A DNA stretch of 64,000 nt from Rubrivivax sp. (GTDB lineage: Bacteria; Pseudomonadota; Gammaproteobacteria; Burkholderiales; Burkholderiaceae_C), in the NCBI GenBank assembly GCA_044374875.1, contig JBILNT010000001.1:2214-66213 (forward strand), read 5' to 3'. The position numbers and the translations under genes are program-made. This document shows, one piece after another, positions 39,962 to 49,408 of this stretch. The notes under the pieces are model-generated. The model saw nothing but the letters and a program-made list of their open reading frames with translations, was not told where the DNA came from and ran no database searches. The stretch's first letter is position 1. Each line of letters starts with the position of its first letter.

Positions 39962-40150
39962 ACTGTCTTGCAGCCCCCCCAACCCTGGGGGGGCGCCGTG
40001 CCGGATGTCATGCCGGCAGCGCTCTGCGGGCCGATTCGCGCGTTCGCGGTGCATGGCTCGCCTACCATCAAGGCACTGAGGTGTTCGCGTGCGCTGCGGG
40101 GATGTGTCCGCGCGCCCGCCGGCCTCCACTCTTCGGCAACTTCCACGCTC

Positions 40151-42091
40151 ATGTGCGGCATCACCGGCATCTTCGACACCCGCGGCCAGCGTCCGGTCGA
40201 GCACGCGGTGCTCAAGCGCATGAACGACTCGCAGCACCACCGCGGGCCTGACGAAGGCAGCCTGCACATCGAGCCGGGCCTCGGCTTCGGGCACCGGCGG
40301 CTGTCCATCATCGACATCGCCACCGGCCAGCAGCCCCTGTTCAACGAAGACGGCTCGGTCGTCGTCGTCTTCAACGGCGAGATCTACAACTACCAGGAAC
40401 TGATCCCCGAACTGCAGGCCGCCGGGCATGTGTTCCGCACCAGGAGCGACACCGAGTGCATCGTGCACGGGTGGGAGCAGTGGGGCGAGAAGTGCGTCGA
40501 GCGCTTGCGCGGCATGTTCGCCTTCGTGCTGTGGGACAGGAACCGGCAGACGCTGTTCATGGCGCGCGACCGCCTGGGGGTCAAGCCGCTCCACTACGCC
40601 TTGCTCGACGATGGCACGCTGCTGTTCGGCAGCGAGCTGAAGTCGCTGCTGGCCCACGGCGGCCTGAAGCGCGACATCGACCCGCTGGCCGTGGAAGAGT
40701 ACTTCGCGCTGGGCTACGTGGCCGAGCCGCGCACCATCTTCCGCCAGGCCCGCAAGCTGCCGCCGGCGCACACGCTGGCCATCCGCCGCGGCCAGAGCGT
40801 GGGCGAGCCGCGCGAGTTCTGGGACGTGCACTTCACCGGCGGCAACCCCAGCAGCGTGGAAGCGGCCTGCGAGGAACTGCAGCGCCGCCTGACGGAATCG
40901 GTGCGGCTGCGCATGATCTCCGAGGTGCCCCTGGGCGCCTTCCTCTCGGGCGGGGTCGACTCCAGCGCCGTGGTGGCCACGATGGCGGGCCTGTCGAACG
41001 GCCCGGTCAACACCTGCAGCATCGCCTTCGACGACCCCAGGTTCAACGAGAGCGAGTTCGCGCAGAGGGTGGCCACGCGCTACCGCACGAACCACCGGGT
41101 CGAGACCGTCAAGTCCGACGACTTCGACCTCGTCGACACGCTCGCGCGGCTGTACGACGAGCCCTACGCCGACAGCTCGGCCATCCCCACCTACCGCGTG
41201 TGCCAGCTGGCACGCAAGCACGTGACGGTGGCGCTGTCGGGCGACGGCGGCGACGAGACCTTCGGCGGCTACCGACGCTACCGCCTGCACCTTATGGAAG
41301 AGCGCATGCGCTCGGCGCTGCCGGCGGCCATCCGCCAGCCGGTGTTCGGGCTGCTGGGCCGCGTGTACCCGAAGGCCGACTGGGCACCTCGCGTGTTCCG
41401 CGCCAAGACCACCTTCGAGGGCATGGCGCGCACCTCGGTGGAGGCCTACTTCCACTCGGTGTCCATCCTGCGCGGGCCGATGCGCCGGCTGCTCTTCAGC
41501 GACGCGCTCGAGCGCGAGCTGGCGGGCTACAGCGCCCAGGAGGTGTTCGATCACCACGCCAGCCGGGCAGGCACCGACGACCCGCTGTCGCTGGTGCAGT
41601 ATCTCGACCTGAAGACCTACCTGGTGGGCGACATCAACACCAAGGTCGACCGCGCCAGCATGGCCCATGGCCTGGAGGTGCGCGAGCCGCTGATGGACCA
41701 CAAGCTCGTCGAGTGGCTGGCCACGCTGCCGCCTTCCATGAAGGTGCGCGGGCAGGAAGGCAAGTTCCTGCTGAAGAAGGCGATGGAGCCGATGCTGCCG
41801 AACGACGTGCTCTACCGGCCGAAGATGGGGTTCAGCGTGCCGCTGGCGCGCTGGTTCCGCGGGCCTCTGAAGGAACGCGTGCGCGAGGCCGTGCTGGGCG
41901 ATCGCCTGGCCGAGACCGGCTGGTTCAACCGCAGCTACCTGCAGCACCTGGTCGACGCCCACCAGAACGGCAGCAGCGACCACAGCGCACCGCTGTGGAC
42001 GGTGATGATGTTCGAGGCCTTCCTGCGCAACGTGATGGACGCCGGCCCCACGCCGCGCGGCGCGCGGGCGCCCGCCGAGGTGCTGGCGTGA
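40151..42091 (+). CDS. asnB: XrtA/PEP-CTERM system amidotransferase (glutamine-hydrolysing asparagine synthetase family)
   Basis: N-terminal MCGI, HRGPD, HRRLSIID, FNGEIYNY, LSGGVDSS, SGDGGDE, KVDRASMAHGLEVREP, KMGF. Confidence 0.93.
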   Translation: MCGITGIFDTRGQRPVEHAVLKRMNDSQHHRGPDEGSLHIEPGLGFGHRRLSIIDIATGQQPLFNEDGSVVVVFNGEIYNYQELIPELQAAGHVFRTRSDTECIVHGWEQWGEKCVERLRGMFAFVLWDRNRQTLFMARDRLGVKPLHYALLDDGTLLFGSELKSLLAHGGLKRDIDPLAVEEYFALGYVAEPRTIFRQARKLPPAHTLAIRRGQSVGEPREFWDVHFTGGNPSSVEAACEELQRRLTESVRLRMISEVPLGAFLSGGVDSSAVVATMAGLSNGPVNTCSIAFDDPRFNESEFAQRVATRYRTNHRVETVKSDDFDLVDTLARLYDEPYADSSAIPTYRVCQLARKHVTVALSGDGGDETFGGYRRYRLHLMEERMRSALPAAIRQPVFGLLGRVYPKADWAPRVFRAKTTFEGMARTSVEAYFHSVSILRGPMRRLLFSDALERELAGYSAQEVFDHHASRAGTDDPLSLVQYLDLKTYLVGDINTKVDRASMAHGLEVREPLMDHKLVEWLATLPPSMKVRGQEGKFLLKKAMEPMLPNDVLYRPKMGFSVPLARWFRGPLKERVREAVLGDRLAETGWFNRSYLQHLVDAHQNGSSDHSAPLWTVMMFEAFLRNVMDAGPTPRGARAPAEVLA

Positions 42092-42107
42092 AGGGAAGGG
42101 CCTGGCG

Positions 42108-43343
42108 GTGAAGGTGCTCCACGTCCTCGACCACTCCATCCCGCTGCACAGCGGCTACACCTTCCGCACGCGCGCCATCCTGCGCGGGCAGCACCGCCTG
42201 GGCTGGCAGACCTTCCACCTCACCGGACCCAAGCACTCCGCCGGGTCCGATGAAGAAGGCCCGCCCGAAGAAACGGTCGACGGCCTGCACTTCTTCCGCA
42301 CGCCCGCGGCGCCGGCGCCGCTGCTGCGGGGGCCCGGGCTCGACCAGTGGGCGCTGATCCGCCAGATCGAGCGTCGCCTGCTCGACGTGGCGCAGCAGGT
42401 GCGCCCCGACATCCTTCACGCGCACTCCCCGGTGCTGGACGCCATCCCCGCGCTGCGCGTGGGCCGGCGCCTGGGCATCCCGGTGGTCTACGAGGTGCGC
42501 GCCTTCTGGGAAGATGCCGCGGTCGATCACGGGTCCACCACCGAAGGCAGCCTGCGCTACCGGCTGAGCAAGCGGCTCGAGACCTACGCGCTGCGCCGCG
42601 CCGACCACGTGTTCACCATCTGCGAGGGGCTGCGCCGCGACATCGTCTCGCGCGGCATCGCCGAGGGCAAGGTGACCGTGATCCCCAACGCCGTCGACAT
42701 CGAGACCTTCGCCCCCGGCGGCACGCCCGACGAGGCGCTGAAGGCGAAGCTGGGGCTTGCGGGTGCCACCGTGATCGGTTTCATCGGCAGCTTCTATGCC
42801 TACGAGGGCCTGGACCTGCTGCTGCAGGCGCTGCCCGCGCTGCTGCAGCGCCGCCCCGAGGTGCGCGTGCTGCTGGTGGGCGGCGGCCCGCAGGACGCCG
42901 CGCTGAAGGCCCAGGCCCAGGTGCTGGGGGTGGCCGACAAGGTCGTGTTCACGGGCCGCGTGCCGCACGCCGAGGTGCAGCGCTACTACGACCTGGTCGA
43001 CGTGCTGGCCTACCCGCGGCACAGCATGCGGCTGACCGAACTGGTCACGCCGCTGAAGCCCCTGGAAGCCATGGCCCAGGGCCGGCTGCTGGTGGCCAGC
43101 GACGTGGGCGGCCACAAGGAACTGATCCGCCACGGTGAGACGGGCTGGCTGTTCGAGGCCGACGATCCCCAGGCACTGACGCAGGCCGTGGAAGAGCTGC
43201 TGGCGCGGCGCGACCGGTGGCCCGGGCTGCGCGCGGCGGGGCGTGGGTTCGTGGAGAGGCAGAGGAATTGGGAGCGCTCGATCGCGGGCTATCGCGAGCC
43301 CTACGAGCGACTGGTGCAGCAGGGTGCGGCTCGTGTCGGCTGA
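42108..43343 (+). CDS. GT4 glycosyltransferase (TIGR04063-like)
   Basis: LDHSIPLHSGYTFRT, YEVRAFWED, TPLKPLEAMA. Confidence 0.92.
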   Translation: MKVLHVLDHSIPLHSGYTFRTRAILRGQHRLGWQTFHLTGPKHSAGSDEEGPPEETVDGLHFFRTPAAPAPLLRGPGLDQWALIRQIERRLLDVAQQVRPDILHAHSPVLDAIPALRVGRRLGIPVVYEVRAFWEDAAVDHGSTTEGSLRYRLSKRLETYALRRADHVFTICEGLRRDIVSRGIAEGKVTVIPNAVDIETFAPGGTPDEALKAKLGLAGATVIGFIGSFYAYEGLDLLLQALPALLQRRPEVRVLLVGGGPQDAALKAQAQVLGVADKVVFTGRVPHAEVQRYYDLVDVLAYPRHSMRLTELVTPLKPLEAMAQGRLLVASDVGGHKELIRHGETGWLFEADDPQALTQAVEELLARRDRWPGLRAAGRGFVERQRNWERSIAGYREPYERLVQQGAARVG

Positions 43344-44574
43344 TCCGCACATCGTCGTCCTGAGCAGCCTGTTTCCCAGCAGCGTGCAGCCGGGATCGGG
43401 CTTGTTCATCCGCGAGCGCATGTTCCGTGTCGGGCGCGAGTTGCCGCTCTCGGTCGTTGCGCCCACCCCCTGGTTCCCGCTGCAGGGACTGTTGCGGCGC
43501 TGGAAGCCCGGTTTCCGCGCCGGTGCGCCGCGCCAGGAGAAGCAGTCCGGCATCGACGTGTGGTTCCCGCGCTTCCTGTCGTTGCCCGGCATGCTCAAGG
43601 GCCTCGACGGCTTCTCGATGGCCGTCGCCGCGTGGCCCCGCCTGGCCAAGCTCCGGCGGGAGGGCCGCCTGGACATCCTCGACGCGCACTTCGGCTACCC
43701 CGATGGTTACGCCGCCACGCTGCTGGGCCGCTGGCTGGGGGTGCCTGTGACGATCACGCTGCGCGGCACCGAGGTGCGTCACGCACGCGACCCGGCGCTT
43801 GCGCCAAGGCTTGCAAGTGCCCTGCACCGCGCCACCCGCATCTTCACCGTTTCCGATTCGCTGCGGCGCGTGGCCCTGTCGCTGGGCGTCGACCCGGGCA
43901 AGGTCGAGGTCGTCGGCAACGGCGTGGACCTCGAGAAGTTCCAGCCGGTGCCCCGGCAAGTGGCTCGTGCGACGCTCGGGTTGCCCGCCGAAGTCCCTGT
44001 GCTCATCACCGTCGGGGCGCTCGTCGAGCGCAAGGGCTTCCACCGCGTCATCGAGCAACTGCCTGCGCTGCGCCTTCGACACCCGGGCCTCGTCTACCTG
44101 GTGGTGGGGGGCGCCAGCCCGGAAGGAGACATGTCGGCCGAACTGCGGCGGCAGGTGAGCGAACTCGGTTTGGAGTCGACCGTGCGGTTCCTCGGGCCCG
44201 TGGCCCCTGCCGAGTTGCGCGTGCCGCTGTCGGCAGCCGACGTGTTCGTGCTTTCCACCCGCAACGAAGGCTGGGCCAACGTGCTGCTGGAAGCCCTTGG
44301 CTGCGGCCTTCCCGTGGTGGCCACCGATGTCGGCGGCAATGCCGAGGTGGTGTGTCGGGAGGAACTGGGGCGCATCGTGCCGTTCGGCGACGGCGTGGCG
44401 CTGGGCAGTGCCATCGCGGACGCGCTGTCGACCCGGTGGGATCGCGAGGCCCTCGTCGGCTACGCCCGATGCAACGAGTGGTCGCGGCGGGTGGAGGTGC
44501 TGGTGCGCCACTTCCGTCGCCTTCACCCCCGTCAGGCGCGGCATCCGGCATCGCCTTCGAGCGTCGGTCCATGA
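43333..44574 (+). CDS. GT4 glycosyltransferase (TuaC-like)
   Basis: DAHFGYPDG, TLRGTE, GNGVD, ERKG, EGWANVLLEA. Confidence 0.9.
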   Translation: MSADPHIVVLSSLFPSSVQPGSGLFIRERMFRVGRELPLSVVAPTPWFPLQGLLRRWKPGFRAGAPRQEKQSGIDVWFPRFLSLPGMLKGLDGFSMAVAAWPRLAKLRREGRLDILDAHFGYPDGYAATLLGRWLGVPVTITLRGTEVRHARDPALAPRLASALHRATRIFTVSDSLRRVALSLGVDPGKVEVVGNGVDLEKFQPVPRQVARATLGLPAEVPVLITVGALVERKGFHRVIEQLPALRLRHPGLVYLVVGGASPEGDMSAELRRQVSELGLESTVRFLGPVAPAELRVPLSAADVFVLSTRNEGWANVLLEALGCGLPVVATDVGGNAEVVCREELGRIVPFGDGVALGSAIADALSTRWDREALVGYARCNEWSRRVEVLVRHFRRLHPRQARHPASPSSVGP

Positions 44575-44603
44575 AGCGCGTGCGAGTCTCCATCCGCTGA
44601 GCC

Positions 44604-45914
44604 ATGCGTGACCTCGTCCTTGCCTGCATCGTCTTCGGGGCGTTGCCGCTGGCCTTCAAGCGGCCATTCGTCGGCGTGCTGCTGATCGCATGGCTCGGCT
44701 ACATGAACCCGCACCGCCTGGCGTGGGGGTTCATGTTCTCGATGCCCGTGGTGCAGATCGTCGTGATCGTCACGCTGATCGGCATGCTGGCGTCGAAGGA
44801 GGCCAAGCGCATGGTGTGGAGCCGCGAGACGGTCCTGCTCGTCGTGTTCATCCTGTGGATGGGCGTGACGACGTCTTTCGCGATCTACCCCTCCGCTGCC
44901 TGGCCGCAGTACGAGAAGGTGCTGAAGATCCAGATCCTCACCTTCGTGACCCTGCTGCTGCTCACCTCGCGCGAACGGGTGCACCTGCTCGTGTGGGTGA
45001 TCGTGCTGTCGCTCGGCTTCTACGGTGTGAAGGGCGGGATCTTCACCATCCTCAACGGCGGAGCCTACCGCGTGCAGGGCCCGCCCGGCACGTTCATCGG
45101 CGGCAACAACGAGCTGGCGCTGGCGATGGTGATGACCATCCCTCTGATGCGTTACCTGCACCTTCAGGAGAAGCACCACCTGGTCCGGCTCGGGCTTGCC
45201 GTTGGCATGCTGCTGACCGCCATCGCGGCCTTCGGGACGCAGTCACGCGGGGCGCTCGTGGCGCTGCTGATCACCGGCTTCTTCTTCTGGATCAAGAGCC
45301 GGAAGAAATTCGCCACGGCGCTGTTCATCGTTGTCGCGGGCGCCATCGGCCTGAGCATCATGCCCGAGGCCTGGTTCGAGCGCATGAACACGATCAAGAG
45401 CTACGACGAGGATGCATCGGCGCTCGGGCGCATCAACGCGTGGTGGACGGCCTACAACCTGGCCAACGACCGTTTCGTCGGCGGTGGCTTCGAGCTCTGG
45501 CGCCCCCCGGTGTTCGCGATGTACGCGCCCGACCCCGACAACGTCCGCGACGTCCACAGCATCTACTTCGAGGTGCTGGGCGAGCACGGCTGGGTCGGCC
45601 TGGTGCTGTTCCTCTCCATCCTCGGCTTGACGTGGCTGAAGTGCGGCGCCGTCATCCGCCAGGCCCGGCGCAAGCCCGAGACCCTGTGGGCGCGCGACCT
45701 CGCGGCCATGGTCCAGGTCACGATCGCCGCCTACATGTCCGCCGGCGCCTTCCTCGGCCTGGCCTACTTCGACTACATCTACCACCTCGTGGCCATCGTC
45801 ACGGTGGTGCACGTGCTGATCCGGCAGCCCCAGCCCGGCGTGCCCATGACGATCGGCTCCGCGCTGGACTCCTTGCGCGGGCGGCTGGCCGCGCCTCGAC
45901 CCGGGCGTGCGTGA
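44604..45914 (+). CDS. Putative O-glycosylation ligase/polymerase (Wzy/WaaL-like), exosortase A associated
   Basis: Multi-TM; MNPHRLAWGF, NNELAL, TQSRG, HSIYFEVLGEHGWVG. Confidence 0.9.
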   Translation: MRDLVLACIVFGALPLAFKRPFVGVLLIAWLGYMNPHRLAWGFMFSMPVVQIVVIVTLIGMLASKEAKRMVWSRETVLLVVFILWMGVTTSFAIYPSAAWPQYEKVLKIQILTFVTLLLLTSRERVHLLVWVIVLSLGFYGVKGGIFTILNGGAYRVQGPPGTFIGGNNELALAMVMTIPLMRYLHLQEKHHLVRLGLAVGMLLTAIAAFGTQSRGALVALLITGFFFWIKSRKKFATALFIVVAGAIGLSIMPEAWFERMNTIKSYDEDASALGRINAWWTAYNLANDRFVGGGFELWRPPVFAMYAPDPDNVRDVHSIYFEVLGEHGWVGLVLFLSILGLTWLKCGAVIRQARRKPETLWARDLAAMVQVTIAAYMSAGAFLGLAYFDYIYHLVAIVTVVHVLIRQPQPGVPMTIGSALDSLRGRLAAPRPGRA

Positions 45915-45945
45915 TGCAGCGCGTTCACGAGGGCCCGAGGCGCCC

Positions 45946-47337
45946 ATGATGAAGCTCCCGGCGTCGATGGCCGGCCGGGTGGTGTACCCGCTGCAGGAGC
46001 GGGTGCTCGGCCGCGCCACCTTCAGCGAACTGCAGGCGCTCGAGGCGTCGCAGTGGCGCGATCGTGCGGGCGTCGAAGCACTTCAGCTCGAGCGGCTGCG
46101 CAGCCTGCTGGCCGTGGCCGCCCGGCATTCACCCTGGCACCGCGCCCGGATGGAGGCTGCAGGGCTGCTGCCCGACGGGCCGACGCACCTGTCGCAGCTG
46201 CAGCGCCTGCCGTCGATGGACAAGCGCGACGCCGCCGCGCACCGCGACCAGATCGCCTGGCCCGGCGTGCCCGGCGGCGCCTTCCGCTACACCACCGGGG
46301 GGTCCAGCGGCCAGCCGCTGGTGTTCTTCTTCGGCCGTCGCCGGCAGGCTTCCGACGCCGCCGGCCGCATGCGTGCCCGCCGCTGGTGGGGCGTGGCGCC
46401 CGGCGATCCCGAGGTCTACCTCTGGGGCGCGCCTGTCGAGCTCAACAGGACCGACTGGGTCAAGTCCTTGCGTGACCGGCTCATCAACCAGCTCGTGTTG
46501 AACGCGTTCGCCATGTCGCCAGAGCGCATGGATCGCTACCTCGATGCCGTTCAGGCCTTCGGCCCGCGCTGCATCTACGGCTATGCCAGCTCGGTGGCCT
46601 TGCTCGCTGCGCACGCTCGGTGGCGCGGGCGGCGCCTGCGCCTGCCGTCGCTGCGCGTGGTGTGCACGACCGGCGAGCCGCTCTTCGAGCACCAGCGGGC
46701 GCTCATCGGCCAGGTGTTCGGGGTGCCGGTGGCCAACGAGTTCGGCAGCCGCGACATCGGCTTCACCGCGCACGAGTCGCCCGAAGGGCAGATGCTGCTG
46801 CTCAGCGAGAACCTCGTCCTCGAGGTGCTGGGCCCCCAGGGCCAGCCGGTGCCGCCGGGCGAGCTGGGCGAGGCGGTGATCACCGCGCTGTGCTCGGACG
46901 CGCAGCCCTTCATCCGCTATCGCACCGGGGACATGCTGCGCCTGTCCGCCGAGCCCGACCGCGCCGGCCGCGGTCTGCACGTGATCGCCGAGGTCGTGGG
47001 CCGGCGCACCGACTTCCTGGTGCGCGCCGACGGCACCCTGATGCACGCGCTGGCCGGCATCTACGTGCTGCGCGGCATCGACGGCATCGGCGAGTTCAAG
47101 ATCGTCCAGCACACCGTGCGCGACGTGGAGGTGATGGTCGTTCCCGGTGCGCGCTGGCCTGGCGAGGCCGGCGTGCGCGAGATCGGTCACGGCCTGCGTC
47201 AGCGGCTGGGTCAGGACGTGCGCGTCGACGTCCGTGTCGTGGAGGCCATCGCCCCCGAAGGCTCGGGCAAGCACCGCTATGTCGTGAGCCATGTCGCGCT
47301 GCCCGACGCACTGGCGCAGGCCACCGCGCAGCCCTGA
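45946..47337 (+). CDS. CapK/phenylacetate-CoA ligase family (ANL) protein
   Basis: TTGGSSGQP, TGEPL, NEFGSRD, PFIRYRTGD, VGRRTD, SGKHRYVVS. Confidence 0.88.
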   Translation: MMKLPASMAGRVVYPLQERVLGRATFSELQALEASQWRDRAGVEALQLERLRSLLAVAARHSPWHRARMEAAGLLPDGPTHLSQLQRLPSMDKRDAAAHRDQIAWPGVPGGAFRYTTGGSSGQPLVFFFGRRRQASDAAGRMRARRWWGVAPGDPEVYLWGAPVELNRTDWVKSLRDRLINQLVLNAFAMSPERMDRYLDAVQAFGPRCIYGYASSVALLAAHARWRGRRLRLPSLRVVCTTGEPLFEHQRALIGQVFGVPVANEFGSRDIGFTAHESPEGQMLLLSENLVLEVLGPQGQPVPPGELGEAVITALCSDAQPFIRYRTGDMLRLSAEPDRAGRGLHVIAEVVGRRTDFLVRADGTLMHALAGIYVLRGIDGIGEFKIVQHTVRDVEVMVVPGARWPGEAGVREIGHGLRQRLGQDVRVDVRVVEAIAPEGSGKHRYVVSHVALPDALAQATAQP

Positions 47338-47354
47338 AACCACCATTCCCGCCC

Positions 47355-48572
47355 ATGAACCTGATCGAACTTGCCCGCCTGCCTGCGCGCTACAAGCCCT
47401 GGCGGCCCCGCCACATCTCGCTGGTGCTGGACAGCGTGCGCCGTGTGGAAACCGCCCCCCAGCGCCACGAGGTGCACCTGGCGGCCGCCGTCGACTGGCT
47501 GTGCCGCGCCCAGGACGTGCGTGACGGCCAGGGCGATGCCGGCGGGGTGTCGGCCGGCTGGAGCTTCGAGGACGGCTGGCTGCCCAGCTACCCCGAGACC
47601 ACCGGCTACATCATCGAGACCCTGCTGGAGGCCTCGCGCGTGCTGGGCCGCCCCGAGCTGGTGGAGCGCGCGCGCCGCATGATCGAATGGGAGCTCTCGA
47701 TCCAGCAGCCCGACGGCGCCTTCCCCGGCCACTTCGGCGAGCCCGGCAGCCGTCCGGTCATCTTCAACACCGGCCAGATCATGCACGGCATGATCGCCGG
47801 TCATCTGCAGCTCGGCCGCAGCGACTGCCTGGAGGCCGCGGTGCGCGCCGGCCACTGGCTGGCCGACCAGCAGGACGCCGACGGCTGCTTTCGCCGCTTC
47901 GAGCATCACGACACCCCTCACGTCTACAACACGCGCGCCACGTGGCCGCTGCTGTCCACCGGGCTCATTGCCGGGGAGAAGCGGCTGGTCGACGCCGCGC
48001 GCAAGCACATGGACTGGGCGCTGACCCGGCAGACTCCCAGCGGCTGGTTCCAGGCCAATGCCTTCGTGCCCTGGCGCAACCCGTTCACGCACACCATTGC
48101 GTACGCCATTCGCGGCCTGTTGGAAGCCGGCGTGCTGCTCGGCGAGGATCGCTGGCTCGCCGCGGCGCTGAAGGCCGGCCGGGGCATGGCCGCCGCGCAG
48201 CGCGCCGACGGCTGGCTGGCCGGCACCTACCGCGACGGCTGGGTGGCCGACGCCAGCTACAGCTGCCTGACCGGCGTGGCGCAGATGAGCCTGAACTGGA
48301 CGCGCCTGGCCCAGGCCACGGGCGACGAGACGCTGCGCACCCACGCCCGTGCGGGGCTGGAGTACGTCAAGCGCACGCAGCGGCTCGACCACCCGGACCC
48401 CGCCGTGCGCGGCGGCATCGCCGGTTCGGCGCCCATCTGGGGCGACTACTCGCGCTTCGAGTACCCGAACTGGGCGGCCAAGTTCTTCGCCGACGCCCTG
48501 ATGATGGACCTGCGTGACCTGTCGGTGCCACCGGTGCCGGCCGTGGCCAGGGGGGTGCGCCGTGACGGCTGA
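47355..48572 (+). CDS. Alpha/alpha-toroid protein with prenyltransferase/squalene-cyclase-like repeats, function unknown
   Basis: Repeated W-L-x-x-x-Q-x-x-DG motifs (WLCRAQD, WELSIQQPDG, WLADQQDADG, AQRADGW); SYPETTGY; FNTGQI. Confidence 0.7.
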   Translation: MNLIELARLPARYKPWRPRHISLVLDSVRRVETAPQRHEVHLAAAVDWLCRAQDVRDGQGDAGGVSAGWSFEDGWLPSYPETTGYIIETLLEASRVLGRPELVERARRMIEWELSIQQPDGAFPGHFGEPGSRPVIFNTGQIMHGMIAGHLQLGRSDCLEAAVRAGHWLADQQDADGCFRRFEHHDTPHVYNTRATWPLLSTGLIAGEKRLVDAARKHMDWALTRQTPSGWFQANAFVPWRNPFTHTIAYAIRGLLEAGVLLGEDRWLAAALKAGRGMAAAQRADGWLAGTYRDGWVADASYSCLTGVAQMSLNWTRLAQATGDETLRTHARAGLEYVKRTQRLDHPDPAVRGGIAGSAPIWGDYSRFEYPNWAAKFFADALMMDLRDLSVPPVPAVARGVRRDG

Positions 48573-49398
48573 GCGCGCGCCGCTGCGCGTTCTGGTGCTT
48601 TGCGGCCGCAGCCCGCGCCACCTGTACGTGGCCAACGCGCTGTGCGCGGCGGCGCAGGTGGTGGGCATCGTGCAGGAAACGGGTTCCGAGTTCTCGTGGA
48701 AGAAGTTCCTGCGCACGCTGCGGCCCGACAACTTCCTGCGCAAGTCCTGGCGCTGGCTGCGAGACCGGCGGCGCTACACCGGCGGCAGGGAGGCGAGGTT
48801 CTTCTTCGGCGATGCCGGGCCCCGGCTTGCCCAGCCCGGGCTGGTGCGCGAGGTGCCGCACATCAACCACCCCGACGTGGTCGCGCTGGCCAGCGAACTG
48901 CAGCCCGACCTCATCTGCGTGTTCGGGACGTCGCTCATTCGCGGGCCGCTGCTGAAGATGGGCCGCCTGGGCATGGCCAACCTGCACGGCGGGCTGTCGC
49001 CCGAATACCGCGGGGCCGACTGCACCTTCTGGGCCCTGTACAACGGCGAGCCCGGGAAGGTGGGCTGCACCCTGCACTGGATCGACGCCGGCATCGACAC
49101 CGGGGGGCTCATCGCGCACGTGAGCCCCGAGGTGCGGCCCGACGACGACGAACTCGAGCTGTTCTGGCGCGCCGTGCAGACCAGCGCCGACGCCTACGCC
49201 GAACTGGTGCGCCGCCTGGCCGTCGGCGAACGCTTCGGGCAGACGCAGCCACACAAGGGGCGGCTGTACCAGGTCAAGCAGCGCGGCTGGCGGCACGAGC
49301 GGCTGGTGGACCGGCGGCTGGCGCAAGGGCTGTTGAAGGACTGCTCGCTGGGCGCGCGCGTGCGCTGGTATCCGGCTGCCGGCAGCGGCCGCGCTTGA
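48562..49398 (+). CDS. Formyltransferase-domain protein (probable sugar N-formyltransferase)
   Basis: PDLICVFG, NLHGGLSPEYRG, TLHWIDAGIDTG. Confidence 0.85.
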   Translation: MTAERAPLRVLVLCGRSPRHLYVANALCAAAQVVGIVQETGSEFSWKKFLRTLRPDNFLRKSWRWLRDRRRYTGGREARFFFGDAGPRLAQPGLVREVPHINHPDVVALASELQPDLICVFGTSLIRGPLLKMGRLGMANLHGGLSPEYRGADCTFWALYNGEPGKVGCTLHWIDAGIDTGGLIAHVSPEVRPDDDELELFWRAVQTSADAYAELVRRLAVGERFGQTQPHKGRLYQVKQRGWRHERLVDRRLAQGLLKDCSLGARVRWYPAAGSGRA

Positions 49399-49408
49399 CG
49401 GCGCGGCG

